Assembly (NCBI RefSeq): GCF_009914755.1
Contig: NC_060933.1
DNA from: the human T2T-CHM13v2.0 reference genome, Homo sapiens
Direction: 5' to 3' (one strand)
DNA length: 64,000 bases
The translations under genes were made by a program, and so were the position numbers. Positions within the stretch are counted from its first letter, which is position 1, and every line of letters starts with the position of its first letter. The notes beneath the pieces are model-generated. The model made no database searches. It was not told the origin of the DNA and saw nothing but the letters and a program-made list of their open reading frames with translations. Below, in pieces: positions 42,001 through 56,700 of the stretch.

Positions 42001-45000
42001 ATGAAATGCAATGGAAAGGAATGGAATGGAATGGAATGGAATCGAATGGAATGGAATGGAATGGAATCAACCCGAGTGCAATGGAATGGATTCGAATGGA
42101 ATGGAATGGAGTGGAATGGATTCAACCCGAATGGAATGGAAAGGAATGGATTCAACCCGAGTGGAATGGCATGGAATGGAATGGAATGGAATGGAATGGA
42201 ATGGAATGGAATGGAATGGAATGGAATGGAATGGAATGGAATCAAGTCGATTGCAATGGAATGGAATGGAATGGAATGGAACGGATTGGAATGGAATGGA
42301 ATGGAATGGAATGGAATTAAATGGAATGGAATGGAATGGAATGGAATCAACCCGAGTGCAGGGGAATGGAATGGAATGGAATGCAATGGAATAGAATGGA
42401 ATGGAATGGAATGGAATGGAATGGAATGGAATGCAAAGGAATGGAATCAACCCGAGTGGAATGGCATGGAATGGAATGCAATGGAATGCAATGGAGTGGA
42501 ATCAACTCGAATGGAAAGGAATGGAATGGAATGGAAAGGAATGGAATGAAATCAACTCGAGTGGAATGGAATGGAATGGATTGGAATGGATTGCAATGGA
42601 ATGAAATGGAATGGAATGGAATCAATCATTCCGAGTGGATTGGAAGGGAATGTAATGGAGTGGAAAGAAGGGAATGGAATCAACCCGAGTGGAATGCAAG
42701 GCAATGGAATGGAATGGAAAGGAAGGGAATGGAATCAACTCGATTGCAATGGAAAGGAATGGAATGGAATGGAATGGAAAGGAATGGAATGGAATGAAAT
42801 GGAATGGAATGGAATGCAATGGAATGGAATCAACCAGAGTGCAATCGAATGGAATCGAATGGAATGGAATGCAATGGAATGGATTCAACTTTAATGGAAT
42901 GGAAAGAATGGAATCAACACGAGTGGAATGGCATGGATTGGAATGGAATGGAATGGAATCAACCCGAGTACAGGGGAATGGAATGGAATGCAATGGAATG
43001 GAATCATCCGTAATGGAATGGAAAGGAATGGAATGGAATGGAATGGAATGGAAAGGAATGGAATGGAATCAACTCGATTGAAATCGAATGGAATGGAATG
43101 GAATTAACCCTAATAGAATGGAATGGAATGGAATGGAACGGAACGGAACGGAACGGAATGGAATGGAATGGAATGGAATGGAATGGAATGGAATGGAACG
43201 GAAAGGAATGCAATGGAATGGAATGGAATGGAATGGAATGGAATGGAATGGAATGGAATGGATTGGAATGGAATGGAATGGAATGGAATCAACGCGAGTG
43301 CAGGGGAACGGAATGTAATGGAATGCAATGGAATGGAATCTTCCAGAATGGAATGGAATGGAATGGAATAAACCCGAGTGCAATGGAATGGAGTGGAATG
43401 GAATGGAATGGAATGGAACAACCCGAATGGAATCGAATGTAATGGAGAGTAAGGGAGTTGAATAGAATCAAACCGAATGTAATGGAATGGAATGGAACGG
43501 AATGGAATTGAATGGAATGGAATGGAATGCAATGGAATGGAATCAACCCGAGTGCAATGGAATGGAGAGGAATGGAATGGAATGGAATGGAAACTACCCG
43601 AATGGAATGGAATGTAATGGAGTCTAAGGGAATTGAATAGAATCAATCCGAATGTAATGGAATGGAATGGAACGGAATGGAATGGAATGGAATGGAATGG
43701 AATGGAATCGTTCGGAGTGGAATAGGAGGGAATGTATTCGAGTGGAATGGAAAGGAATGGAATCAACCAGAGTGGAATGGAAGGGAATGGAATGGAATGG
43801 AATCTAATAGGTTGGAATCAACCCGAGTGGAATGGAATGGAAAGGACTGGAATGGAATGGAATGGAATGGAATGGAATCAACTGGATTGTAATGCAATGG
43901 AATGGAATGGAATGGAATGGAATGGAATGGAATTAACCCCAATACAATGGAATGGAATGGAATGGAATGGAATGGAACGGAATGGAGTCGAATGGAATGG
44001 ATTCAACCCGAGTGCAGGGGAATGGAATGGAATGGAATGCAATGGAATGGAATCATCCGGAATGGAATGGAATGGAATGGAATGCAAAGCAATGGAATCA
44101 ACTCGATTGCAATGGAAAGGAATGGAATGGAAAGGAATAGAATGGAATCAACCTGATTGGAATGGAATGGAAAGGACTGGAATGGAGTGGAATGGAATGG
44201 AATGGAATGGAATGGAATGCAATGGAATGGTATGGAATGGAATGGAATGGTACGGAATAGAATGGAATGGAAGGAATTGTAATGGAATGGAATTCAATGG
44301 AATGGAATGGAATGGAATGGAATCAACGCGAGTGCAGGGGAATGTAATGGAACGGAATGCAATGGAATGGAATCATCCGGAATGGAATGGAATGGAATGG
44401 AATGGAATGGAATGGAATCAACCCGAGTGCAATGGAATGGAGTGGAATGGAATGGAATGGAATGGAACAACCCGAATGGAATGGAATGTAATGGAGTGTA
44501 AGGGAGTTGAATAGAATCAATCAGAATGTAATGGAATGGAATGGAACGGAATGGAATGGAATGGAATGGAATGGAATGGAATGCAATGGAATGGAATCAA
44601 CCCGAGTACAATGGAATGGAATGGAATGGAATGGAATGGAATGGAATGCCTTCAAACCGAATGGAATGGAAAGGAATGGAATCCACACGAGTGGAATGGA
44701 ATGGAATGGAATGGAATGGAATGGAATGGAATGGAATGGAATGATACGGAATAGGATGGAATGGAACAAAATGGAATGGAATGGAATGGAATGGAATGGA
44801 ATGGAATGGAATGGAATGGAATCGTTCCTAGTGGAATAGGAGGGAATGTATTCGAGTGGAATGGAAAGGAATGGAATCAACCAGAGTGGAATGGAAGGGA
44901 ATGGAATGGAATGGAAACTAATAGAATGGAATCAACCCTAGTGGAATGGAATGGAAAGGACTGGAATGGAAAGGAATGGAATGGAATGGAATGGAATGGA

Positions 45001-48000
45001 ATGGAATGGAATGGAATGGAATGGAATGGAATGGAATCAACGCGAGTGCAGGAGAATGGAATGGAATCGAATGGAATGGAATGGAATGGAATGGAATCAA
45101 CCCGAGTGCAGGGGAATGTAATGGAACGGAATGCAAAGGAAAGGAATCATCCGGAATGGAATGGAATGGAATGGAATGGAATCAACCCGAGTGCAATGGA
45201 ATGGAGTGGAATGGAATGGAATGGAATGGAACAACCCGAATGGAATGGAATGTAATGGAGAGTAAGGGAGTTGAAAAGAATCAATCCGAATGTAATGGAA
45301 TGGAATGGAACGGAATGGAATGGAATGGAATGGAATGGAATGCAATGGAATGGAATCAACCCGAGTACAATGGAATGGAATGGAATGGAATGGAATGGAA
45401 CGGAATGGAATGGAATGGAATGCAATGGAATGGAATCTTCCGGAATGGAAAGGAATGGAATGGAATGGAATGGAATGGAATGGAATGCAATGGATTCACC
45501 TCGATTGCAATGGAATGGAATAGAATGGAATGGAATGGAATGGAATGGAATTAAACCGAATAGAATGGAATGGAATGGAATGGAACGGAATGGAACGGAA
45601 CTGAACGGAACGGAACGGAGTGGAATGGAATGGAATGGAATTGTATGGAATGGAATGGAATGGTAAGGAATAGAATGGAATGGAATGAATTGGAATTGAA
45701 TGGAATCGAATGGAATGGAATGGAATGGAATGGAATCAACCCGAGTGCAGGGGAATGTAATGGAACGGAATGCAATGGAATGGAATCATCCGGAATGGAA
45801 TGGAATTGAATGGAATGGAATGGAATGGAATGGAAGGGAATGGAATCAACCCGAGTGCAATGGAATGGAGTGGAATGGAATGGAATGGAATGGAACAACC
45901 CGAATGGAATGGAATGTAATGGAGAGTAAGGGAGTTGAATAGAATCAATCCGAATGTAATGGAATGGAACGGAATGGAATGGAATGGAATGGAATGGAAT
46001 GGAATGGAATGGAATGGAATGCAATGGAATGGAATCAACCCGAGTACAATGGAACGGAATGGAATGGAATGGAATGGAATGGAATGGAATGGAATGAAAT
46101 GGAATGGAATCAACTCGAGTGCAATGGAATGGAGAGGAATGGAATGGAATGGAATGGAAACTACCCGAATGGAATGGAATGTAATGGAGTGTAAGGGAAT
46201 TGAATAGAATCAATCCGAATGGAATGCAATGGAATGGAATGGAACGGAATGGAATGGAATGGAATGGAATGGAATGGAAAGGAACGGAACGGAACGGAAC
46301 GGAATGGAATGGAATGGAATGGAATGGAATGGAATGGAATCAACGCGAGTGCAGGGGAATGGAATGGAATGGAATGCAATGGAATGGAATCTTCCGGAAT
46401 GGAATGGAATGGAATGGAATGGAATGAAAAGCAATGGATTCAACTCGATTGCAATGGAATGGAATAGAATGGAATGGAATGGAATGGAATGGAATGGAAT
46501 GGAATTAACCCGAATAGAATCGAATGGAATGGAATGGAACGGAATGGAACGGAATGGAATGGAATGGAATGGAATGGAATGGAATGGTATGAAATGGAAT
46601 GGAATGGTACGGAATAGAATGGAATGGAACGAATTGTCATGGAATGGAATTGAATGGAATGGAGTGGAATGGAATGGAATCAACGCGAGTGCAGGGGAAT
46701 GTAATGGAACGGAATGCAATGGAATGGAATCATCCGGAATGGAATGGAATGGAATGGAATGGAATCAACCCGAGTGCAATGGAATGGAGTGGAATGGAAT
46801 GGAATGGAATGGAACAACCCAAATGGAATGGAATGTAATGGAGAGTAAGGGAGTTGAAAATAATCAATCCGAATGTAATGGAATGGAATGGAACGGAATG
46901 GAATGGAATGGAATGGAATGGAATGCAATGGAATGGAATCAACCCGAGTACAATGGAATGGAATGGAATGGAATGGAATGGAACGGAATGGAATGGAATG
47001 GAATGCAATGGAATGGAATCTTCCGGAATGGAAAGGAATGGAATGGAATGGAATGGAATGGAATGCAATGGATTCAACTCGATTGCAATGGAATGGAATA
47101 GAATGGAATGGAATGGAATGGAATGGAATTAAACCGAATAGAGTGGAATGGAATGGAATGGAACGGAACGGAACGGAACTGAACGGAACGGAACGGAGTG
47201 GAATGGATTGGAATGGAATTGTATGGAATGGAATGGAATGGTACGGAATAGAATGGAATGGAATGAATTGGATTTGAATGGAATCGAATGGAATGGAATG
47301 GAATGGAATGGAATCAAACCGAGTGCAGGGGAAAGTAATGGAACGGAATGCAATGGAATGGAATCATCCGGAATGGAATGGAATTGAATGGAATGGAATG
47401 GAATGGAATGGAATGGAATGGAATCAACCCGAGTGTAATGGAATGGAGTAGAATGGAATGGAATGGAATGGAACAACCCGAATGGAATGGAATGTAATGG
47501 AGAGTAAGGGAGTTGAAAAGAATCAATCCGAATGTAATGGAATGGAATAAACGGAATGGAATGGAATGGAATGGAATGGAATGCAATGGAATGGAATCAA
47601 CCCGAGTACAATGGAATGGAATGGAATGGAATGGAATGGAACGGAATGGAATGGAATGGAATGCAATGGAATGGAATATTCCGGAATGGAAAGGAATGGA
47701 ATGGAATGGAATGGAATGGAATGCAATGGATTAAACTCGATTGCAATGGAATGGAATAGAATGGAATGGAATGGAATGGAATGGAATGGAATTAAACCGA
47801 ATAGAATGGAATGGAATGGAATGGAACGGAACGGAACGGAAATGAACGGAACGGAACGGAATGGAATGGATTGGAAAGGAATTGTATGGAATGGAATGGA
47901 ATGGTACGGAATAGAATGGAATGGAATGAATTGGAATTGAATGGAATCGAATGGAATGGAATGGAATGGAATGGAATCAACCCGAGTGCAGGGGAATGTA

Positions 48001-51000
48001 ATGGAACGGAATGCAATGGAATGGAATCATCCGGAATGGAATGGAATTGAATGGAATGGAATGGAATGGAATGGAATGGAATGGAATCAACCCGAGTGCA
48101 ATGGAATGGAGTGGAATGGAATGGAATGGAATGGAACAACCCGAATGGAATGGAATGTAATGGAGAGTAAGGGAGTTGAATAGAATCAATCCGAATGTAA
48201 TGGAATGGAACGGAATGGAATGGAATGGAATGGAATGGAATGGAATGGAATGCAATGGAATGGAATCAACCCGAGTACAATGGAACGGAATGCAATGGAA
48301 TGGAATGGAATGGAATGGAATGGAATGGAATGCAATGGAATGGAATCAACCCGAGTGCAGGGGAATGTAATGGAACGGAATGCAATGGAATGGAATCATC
48401 CGGAATGGAATGGAATTGAATGGAATGGAATGGAATGGAATGGAATGGAATGGAATCAACCCGAGTGCAATGGAATGGAGAGGAATGGAATGGAATGGAA
48501 TGGAAACTACCCGAATGGAATGGAATGTAATGGAGTGTAAGGGAATTGAATAGAATCAATCCGAATGGAATGGAATGGAATGGAATGGAACGGAATGGAA
48601 TGGAATGGAATGGAATGGAATGGAAAGGAACGGAACGGAACGGAACGGAACGGAATGGAATGGAATGGAATGGAATGGAATGGAATGGAATCAACGCGAA
48701 TGCAGGGGAATGGAATGGAATGGAATGCAATGGAATGGAATGGAATGGAATTAACCAGAATAGAATGGAATGCAATGGAATGGAACGGAATGGAATGGAA
48801 TGGAAGGGAATGGAATCAACACGAGTGCAGGGGAATGGAATGGAATGGAATGCAATGGAATGGAATCATCCGGAATGGAATGGAATGAAATCAACTCCAT
48901 TGCAATGGAATGGAATGGAATGGAATGGAATAGAATGGAATGGAATTAACCCGAATAGAATGTAATGCAATAGAACGCAATGGAACGGAACCGAATGGAG
49001 TGGAATGGAATGGAATGGAATCAACCTGAGTGCAGGGGAATGGAATGGAATGGAATGCAATGGAATGGAATCATCCGGAATGGAATGGAATGGAATGGAA
49101 TGGAATCAAACCGAGTGCAATGGAATGGAGTGAAATGGAATGGAATGGAATGGAAACAACCAGAATGGATTGGAATATAATGGAGTGTAAGGGAATTGAA
49201 TAGAATCAATCTGAATGTAATGAAATGCAATGGAAAAGAATGGAATGGAATGGAATGGAATCGAATGGAATGGAATGGAATGGAATCAACCCGAGTGCAA
49301 TGGAATGGATTCGAATGGAATGGAATGGAGTTGAATGGATTCAACCCGAATGGAATGGAAAGGAATGGAATCAACCCGAGTGGAATGGCATTGAATGGAA
49401 TGGAATGGAATGGAATGGAATGGAATGGAATGGAATGGAATGGTTCGGAATAGAATGGATTGGAACAAAATGGAATGGAATGGAATGGAATGGAATGGAA
49501 TGGAATGGAATGGAATCAAGTCGATTGCAATGGAATGGAATGGAATGGAATGGAACGGATTGGAATGGAATGGAATGGAATGGAATGGAATTAAATGGAA
49601 TGGAATGGAATGGAATGGAATCATCCCGAGTGCAGGGGAATGGAATGGAATGGAATGCAATGGAATGGAATGGAATGGAATGGAATGGAATGGAATGGAA
49701 TGGAATCAACCCGAGTGGAACGGCATGGAATGGAATGCAATGGAATGGAATGGAATGGAATCAACTCGAGTGGAAAGGAATGGAATGGAATGGAATGGAA
49801 AGGAATGGAATGAAGTCAACTCGAGTGGAATGGAATGGAATGGAATGGATTGGAATGGATTGCAATGGAATGAAATGGAATGGAATGGAATGGAATGAAT
49901 CATTCCGAGTGGAATGGAAGGGAATGTAATGGAGTGGAAAGAAGGGAATGGAATCAACCCGAGTGGAATGCAAGGCAATGGAATGGAATGGAAAGGAAAG
50001 GAATGGAATAAATTCGATTGCAATGGAAAGGAATGGAATGGAATGGAATGGAAAGGAATGGAATGGAATGAAATGGAATGGAATGGAATGCAATGGAATG
50101 GAATCAACCCGAGTGCAATCGAATGGAATCGAATGGAATGGAATGAAATGTAATGGATTCAACTTTAATGGAATGGAAAGAATGGAATCAACACGAGTGG
50201 AATGGCATGGATTGGAATGGAATGGAATGGAATCAACCCGAGTACAGGGGAATGGAATGGAATGCAATGGAATGGAATCATCCGTAATGGAAAGGAAAGG
50301 AATGGAATGGAATGGAATGGAATGGAATGGAATCAACTCGATTGAAATCGAATGGAATGGAATGGAATTAACCCGAATAGAATGGAATGGAATGGAATGG
50401 ATCGGAACGGAACGGAATGGAATGGAATGGAATGGAATGGATTGGAAGTAACCAGAATAGAATGGAATGCAATGGAATGGAACGGAATGGAATGGAATGG
50501 AAGGGAATGGAATCAACACGAGTGCAGGGGAATGGAATGGAATGGAATACAATGGAATGGAATCATCCGGAATGGAATGGAATGGAATGAAATCAACTCC
50601 ATTGCAATGGAATGGAATGGAATGGAATGGAATAGAATGGAATGGAATTAACCCGAATAGAATGGAATGCAATAGAATGTAATGGAACGGAACCGAATGG
50701 AGTGGAATGGAATGGAATGGAATCAACCTGAGTGCAGGGGAATGGAATGGAATGGAATGCAATGGAATGGAATCATCCGGAATGGAATGGAATGGAATGG
50801 AATGGAATCAAACCGAGTGCAATGGAATGGAGTGAAATGGAATGGAATGGAATGGAAACAACCAGAATGGATTGGAATATAATGGAGTGTAAGGGAATTG
50901 AATAGAATCAATCTGAATGTAATGAAATGCAATGGAAAGGAATGGAATGGAATGGAATCGAATCGAATGGAATGGAATGGAATGGAATCAACCCGAGTGC

Positions 51001-52050
51001 AATGGAATGGATTCGAATGGAATGGAATGGAGTGGAATGGATTCAACCCGAATGGAATGGAAAGGAATGGATTCAACCCGAGTGGAATGGCATGGAATGG
51101 AATGGAATGGAATGGAATGGAATGGAATGGAATGGTTCGGAATAGAATGGATTGGAACAAAATGGAATGGAATGGAATGGAATGGAATGGAATGGAATGG
51201 AATGGAATGGAATCAAGTCGATTGCAATGGAATGGAATGGAATGGAATGGAACGGATTGGAATGGAATGGAATGGAATTAAATGGAATGGAATGGAATGG
51301 AATGGAATCAACCCGAGTGCAGGGGAATGGAATGGAATGGAATGCAATGGAATAGAATGGAATGGAATGGAATGGAATGGAAGGGAATGGAATGGAATCA
51401 ACCCGAGTGGAATGGCATGGAATGGAATGCAATGGAATGGAATGGAATGGAATCAACTCGAGTGGAAAGGAATGGAATGGAATGGAAAGGAATGGAATGA
51501 AATCAACTCGAGTGGAATGGAATGGAATGGAATGGATTGGAATGGATTGCAATGGAATGAAATGGAATGGAATGGAATGGAATCAATCATTCCGAGTGGA
51601 ATGGAAGGGAATGTAATGGAGTGGAAAGAAGGGAATGGAATCAACCCGAGTGGAATGCAAGGCAATGGAATGGAATGGAAAGGAAGGGAATGGAATCAAC
51701 TCGATTGCAATGGAAAGGAATGGAATGGAATGGAATGGAAAGGAATGGAATGGAATGAAATGGAATGGAATGGAATGCAATGGAATGGAATCAACCAGAG
51801 TGCAATCGAATGGAATCGAATGGAATGGAATGCAATGGAATGGATTCAACTTTAATGGAATGGAAAGAATGGAATCAACACGAGTGGAATGTCATGGATA
51901 GGAATGGAATGGAATGGAATCAACCCGAGTACAGGGGAATGGAATGGAATGGAATGCAATGGAATGGAATCATCCGTAATGGAATGGAAAGGAATGGAAT
52001 GGAATGGAATGGAATGGAATGGAATGGAATCAACTCGATTGCAATCGAAT
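36100..52050 (-). repeat. Large tandem duplication (offset 7.4-7.5 kb rising to ~8.94 kb)
   Basis: CGTTCGGAG 36167/43709 and CAACTGGAT 36337/43879 (offset 7542). GAAAAGAATC 37841/45273 and GGAACTGAAC 38165/45597 (offset 7432). GGCATTGAAT 40451/49387 and TGTAATGCAATAG 40025/48961 (offset 8936). Confidence 0.8.
39810..43100 (-). repeat. ~1.7 kb tandem dimer (repeated again at ~48750-52050)
   Basis: AATCATTCCGAGTGG...GGAAAGAAGGG at ~40954 and ~42621, and at ~49895 and ~51582. GGATTGGAATATAATGG and CAAGTCGATT each occur twice per block. Confidence 0.8.
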
Positions 52051-53789
52051 GGAATGGAATGGAATTAACCCGAATAGAATGGAATGGAATGGAATGGAAC
52101 GGAACGGAATGGAATGGAATGGAATGGAATGGAATGGAACGGAAAGGAATGGAATGGAATGGAATGGAATGGAATCAATGCGAGTGCAGGGGAATGTAAT
52201 GGAACGGAATGCAATGGAATCATCCGGAATGGAATGGAATGGAATGGAATGGAATCAACCCGAGTGCAATGGAATGGAGTGGAATGGAATGGAATGGAAT
52301 GGAACAACCCGAATGAAATGGAATGTAATGGAGAGTAAGGGAGTTGAAAAGAATCAATCCGAATGGAATGGAATGGAATGGAACGGAAAGGAATGGAATG
52401 GAATGGAATGGAATGCAATGGAATGGAATCAACCCGAGTGCAATGGAATGGAATGGAATGGAATGGAATGGAATGGAATGGAATGGAATGGAATGCAATG
52501 GAATGGAATCTTCCGGAATGGAATGGAATGGAATGGAATGGAATGGAATGCAATGGATTCAACTCGATTGCAATGGAACGGAATGGAATGGAATGGAATT
52601 AAACCGAATAGAATGGAATGGAATGGAATGGAACGGAACGGAACGGAACGGAACGGAACAGAGTGGAATGGAGTGGAATGGAATTGTATGGAATGGAATG
52701 GAATGGTACGGAATAGAATGGAATGGAAAGAATTGGAATGGAATGGAATCGAATGGAATGGAATGGAATGGAATGGAATCAACTCGAGTGCAGGGGTATG
52801 TAATGGAACGGAATGAAATGGAATGGAATCATCCGGAATGGAATGGAATGGAATGGAATGGAATGGAATGGAATGCAATGGAATGGATTCAACCCGACTT
52901 CAATCGAATGGAATCGAATGGAACGGAATGCAATGGAATGGATTCAACTTGAATGGAATGGAAAGAATGGAATCAACACGAGTGGAATGGCATGGGATGG
53001 AATGGAATGGAATGGAATCAACCCGAGTAGAGGGGAATGGAATGCAATGGAATGGAATCATCCGTAATGGAATGGAAAGGAATGGAATGGAATGGAATGG
53101 AATGGAATGGAATGGAATGGAATCAACTCGATTGCAATCGAATGGAATGGAATGGAATTAACCCGAATAGAATGGAATGGAATGGAATGGAACGGAACGG
53201 AACGGAATGGAATGGAATGGAATGGAATGGAATGGAACGGAACGGAATGGAATGGAATGGAATGGAATGGAATGGAATGGAATCAAAGCGAGTGCAGGGG
53301 AATGGAATGGAAAGGAATGCAATGGAATGGAATCTTCCGGAATGGAATGGAATGGAATGGAATGGAATGAAATGCAATGGATTCAACTCGATTGCAATGG
53401 AATGGAATAGAATGGAATGGAATGGAATGGAATGGAATTAATCCGAATAGAATGGAATGGATTAGAATGGAACGGAATGGAACCGAATGGAATGGAATGG
53501 AATGGAATGGAATGGTATGGAATGGAATGGAATGGTACGGAATAGAATGGAATGGAACGAACTGTAATGGAATGGGATTGAATGGAATGGAATGGAATGG
53601 AATGGAATCAACGCGAGAGCAGGGGAATGTAATGGAACGGAATGCAATGGAATGGAATCATCCGGAATGGAATGGAATGGAATGGAATGGAATGGAATCA
53701 ACCCGAGTGAAATGGAATGGAATGGAATGGAATGGAATGGAATGGAATGGAACAACCCGAATGGAATGGAATGTAATGGAGAGTAAGGG

Positions 53790-56700
53790 AGTTGAATAGA
53801 ATTAATCCGAATGTAATGGAATGGAATGCAACGGAATGGAATGGAATGGAATGGAATGGAATGCAATGGAATGGAATCAACCCGAGTACAATGGAATGGA
53901 ATGGAATGGAATGGAATGGAATGATACGGAATAGAATGCAATGGAACGAAATGGAATGGAATGGAATGGAATGGATTGGAATGGAATGGAATGCAATCGT
54001 TCCGAGTGGAATAGGAGGGAATGTATTCGAGTGGAATGGAAAGGAATGGAATCAACCAGAGTGGAATGGAAGGGAATGGAATGGAATGGAAACTAATAGA
54101 ATGGAATCAACCCGAGTGGAATGGAATGGAAAGGACTGGAATGGAATGGAATGGAATGGAATCAACTCGATTGTAATGGAATGGAATGGAATAGAATGGA
54201 ATGGAATGAAATTAACCCGAATACAATGGAATGGAATGGAATGGAACGGAATGGAGTGGAATGGAATGGAATCAACCCGAGTGCAGGGGATTAGAATTGT
54301 ATGGAATGCAACGGAATGGAATCATCCGGAATGGAATGGAATGGAATGGAATGCAAAGCAATGGAATCAACTCGATTGCAATGGAATGGAATGGAAAGGA
54401 AAGGAATACATTGGAATCAACCCGAGTGGAATGGAATGGAAAGGAGTGGAATGGAGTGGAATGGAATGGAATGGAATGGAATGGAATCAACTCGATTGGA
54501 ATGGAATGGAATGTAATGGAATGGAATGGAATTAACCCGAACAGAATGGAGTGGAATGGAATGTAACGGAACGGAATGGAATGGAATGGAATGGAATGGA
54601 ATGGAATGGAATGGAATGGAATCAACCCGACTGCAGGGGAATGGAATGGAATGGAATGCAATGGAATGGATTCAACTTGAATGGAATGGAAAGAATGGAA
54701 TCAACACGAGTGGAATGGCATGGATTGGAATGGAATGGAATGGAATTAACCCGAGTACAGGGGAATGGAATGGAATGGAATGCAATGGAATGGAATCATC
54801 CGTAATGGAATGGAAAGGAATATAATGGAATGGAATGGAATGGAATGGAATGGAATCAACTCGATTGCAATCGAATGGAATGGAATGGAATTAAACCGAA
54901 TAGAATGGAACGGATTGGAATGGAATGGAACGGAACGGAATGGAATGGATTGGAATGGAATGGAATGGAATGGAATGGAACGGAAAGGGATGGAATGGAA
55001 TGGAATGGAATGGAATGGAATGGAATGGAATGGAATCAACGCGAGTGCAGGGGAATGTAATGGAATGGAATGCAATGGAATGGAATCTTCCGGAATGGAA
55101 TGGAATGGAATGGAATGGAATGGAATGGAATGGAATGGAATAAACCCGAGTGCAATGGAATGGAGTGGAATGGAATGGAATGGAATGGAACAACCCGAAT
55201 GGAATGGAATGGAATGGAGAGTAAGGGAGTTGAATAGAATCAATCCGAATGTAACGGAATGGAATGGAAGGGAATGGAATGGAATGGAATGGAATGGAAT
55301 GGAATGGAACGCAATGGAATGGAATCAACCCGAGTGCAATCGAATGGAATTGAATGGAATGGAATGCAATGGAATGGATTCAACTTGAATGGAATGGAAA
55401 GAATGGAATCAACACGAGTGGAATGGCATGGATTGGAATAGAATGGAATGGAATCAAGCCGAGTACAGGGAATGGAATGGAATTGAATGCAATGGAATGG
55501 AATCATCCGTAATGGAATGGAAAGGAATGGAATGGAATGGAAAGGAATGGAATTGAATGGAATGGAATGGAATGGAATGGAATGGAATCATCCGCAATGG
55601 AATGGAAAGGAATGGAATGGAATGGAATGGAATGGAATGGAATGGAATGGAATCAACACGATTGCAATCGAATGGAATGGAATGCAATTAACCCGAAGAG
55701 AATGGAATGGAATGGAATGGAACGGAACGGAATGCAATGGAATGGAATGGAATGGAATGGAACGGAACGGAATGGAATGGAATGGAATGGAATGGAATGG
55801 AATGGAATGGACTGGAATGGAATCAACGCGAGTGCAGTGGAATGGAATGGAATGGAATGCAATGGAATGGAATCTTCCGGAATGGAATGGAATGGAATGA
55901 AATGCAATGGATTCAACTCGATTGCAATGGAATGGAATAGAATGGAATGGAATGGAATGGAATGGAATTAACACGAATAGAATGGAATGGAATGGAATGG
56001 AACGGAACGGAACGGAATGGAATGGAATGGAATGGAATGGAATGGAATGGAATGGAATGGAATGGAATGGAATGCAATGGAATGGTATGGAATGGAATGG
56101 AATGGTACGGAATAGAATGGAATGGAACGAATTGTAATGGAATGGAATTGAATGGAATGGAATGGAATGCAATGGAATCAACGCGAGTGCAGGGGAAAGT
56201 AATGGAAAGGAATGCAATAGAATGGAATCATCCGGAATGGAATGGAATGGAATGGAATGGAATGGAATGGAATGGAATGGAATTGAATGGAATGGAATCA
56301 ACCCGAGTGCAATGGAATGGAGTGGAATGGAATGGAATGGAATTGAACAACCCGAATGGAATGGAATGTAATGGAGAGTAAGGGAGTTGAATAGAATCAA
56401 TCCGAATGTAATGGAATGGAATGCAACGGAATGGAATGGAATGGAATGGAATGGAATGCAATGGAATGGAATGGAATGATACGGAATAGAATGGAATGGA
56501 ACGAAATGGAATGGAATGGAATGGAATGGAATGGAATGGAATCGTTCCGAGTGCAATAGGAGGGAATGTATTCGAGTGGAATGGAAAGGAATGGAATCAA
56601 CCAGAGTGGAATGGAAGGGAATGGAATGGAATGGAAACTAATAGAATGGAATCAACCCGAGTGGAATGGGATGGAAAGGACTGGAATGGAATGGAATGGA

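Noticed and set aside
43722-43740. AGGAGG followed by ATG (ORFs beginning MYSSG...), resembling a Shine-Dalgarno site
   Set aside because: It is part of a recurrent satellite variant motif in eukaryotic heterochromatin, the spacing is too short, and the downstream ORF is only repeat translation.
38939-47687. Purifying selection on HSE cores because three variants hit only 'n' positions
   Set aside because: There are too few events, two other copies break the core, and one change is a simple CpG transition.
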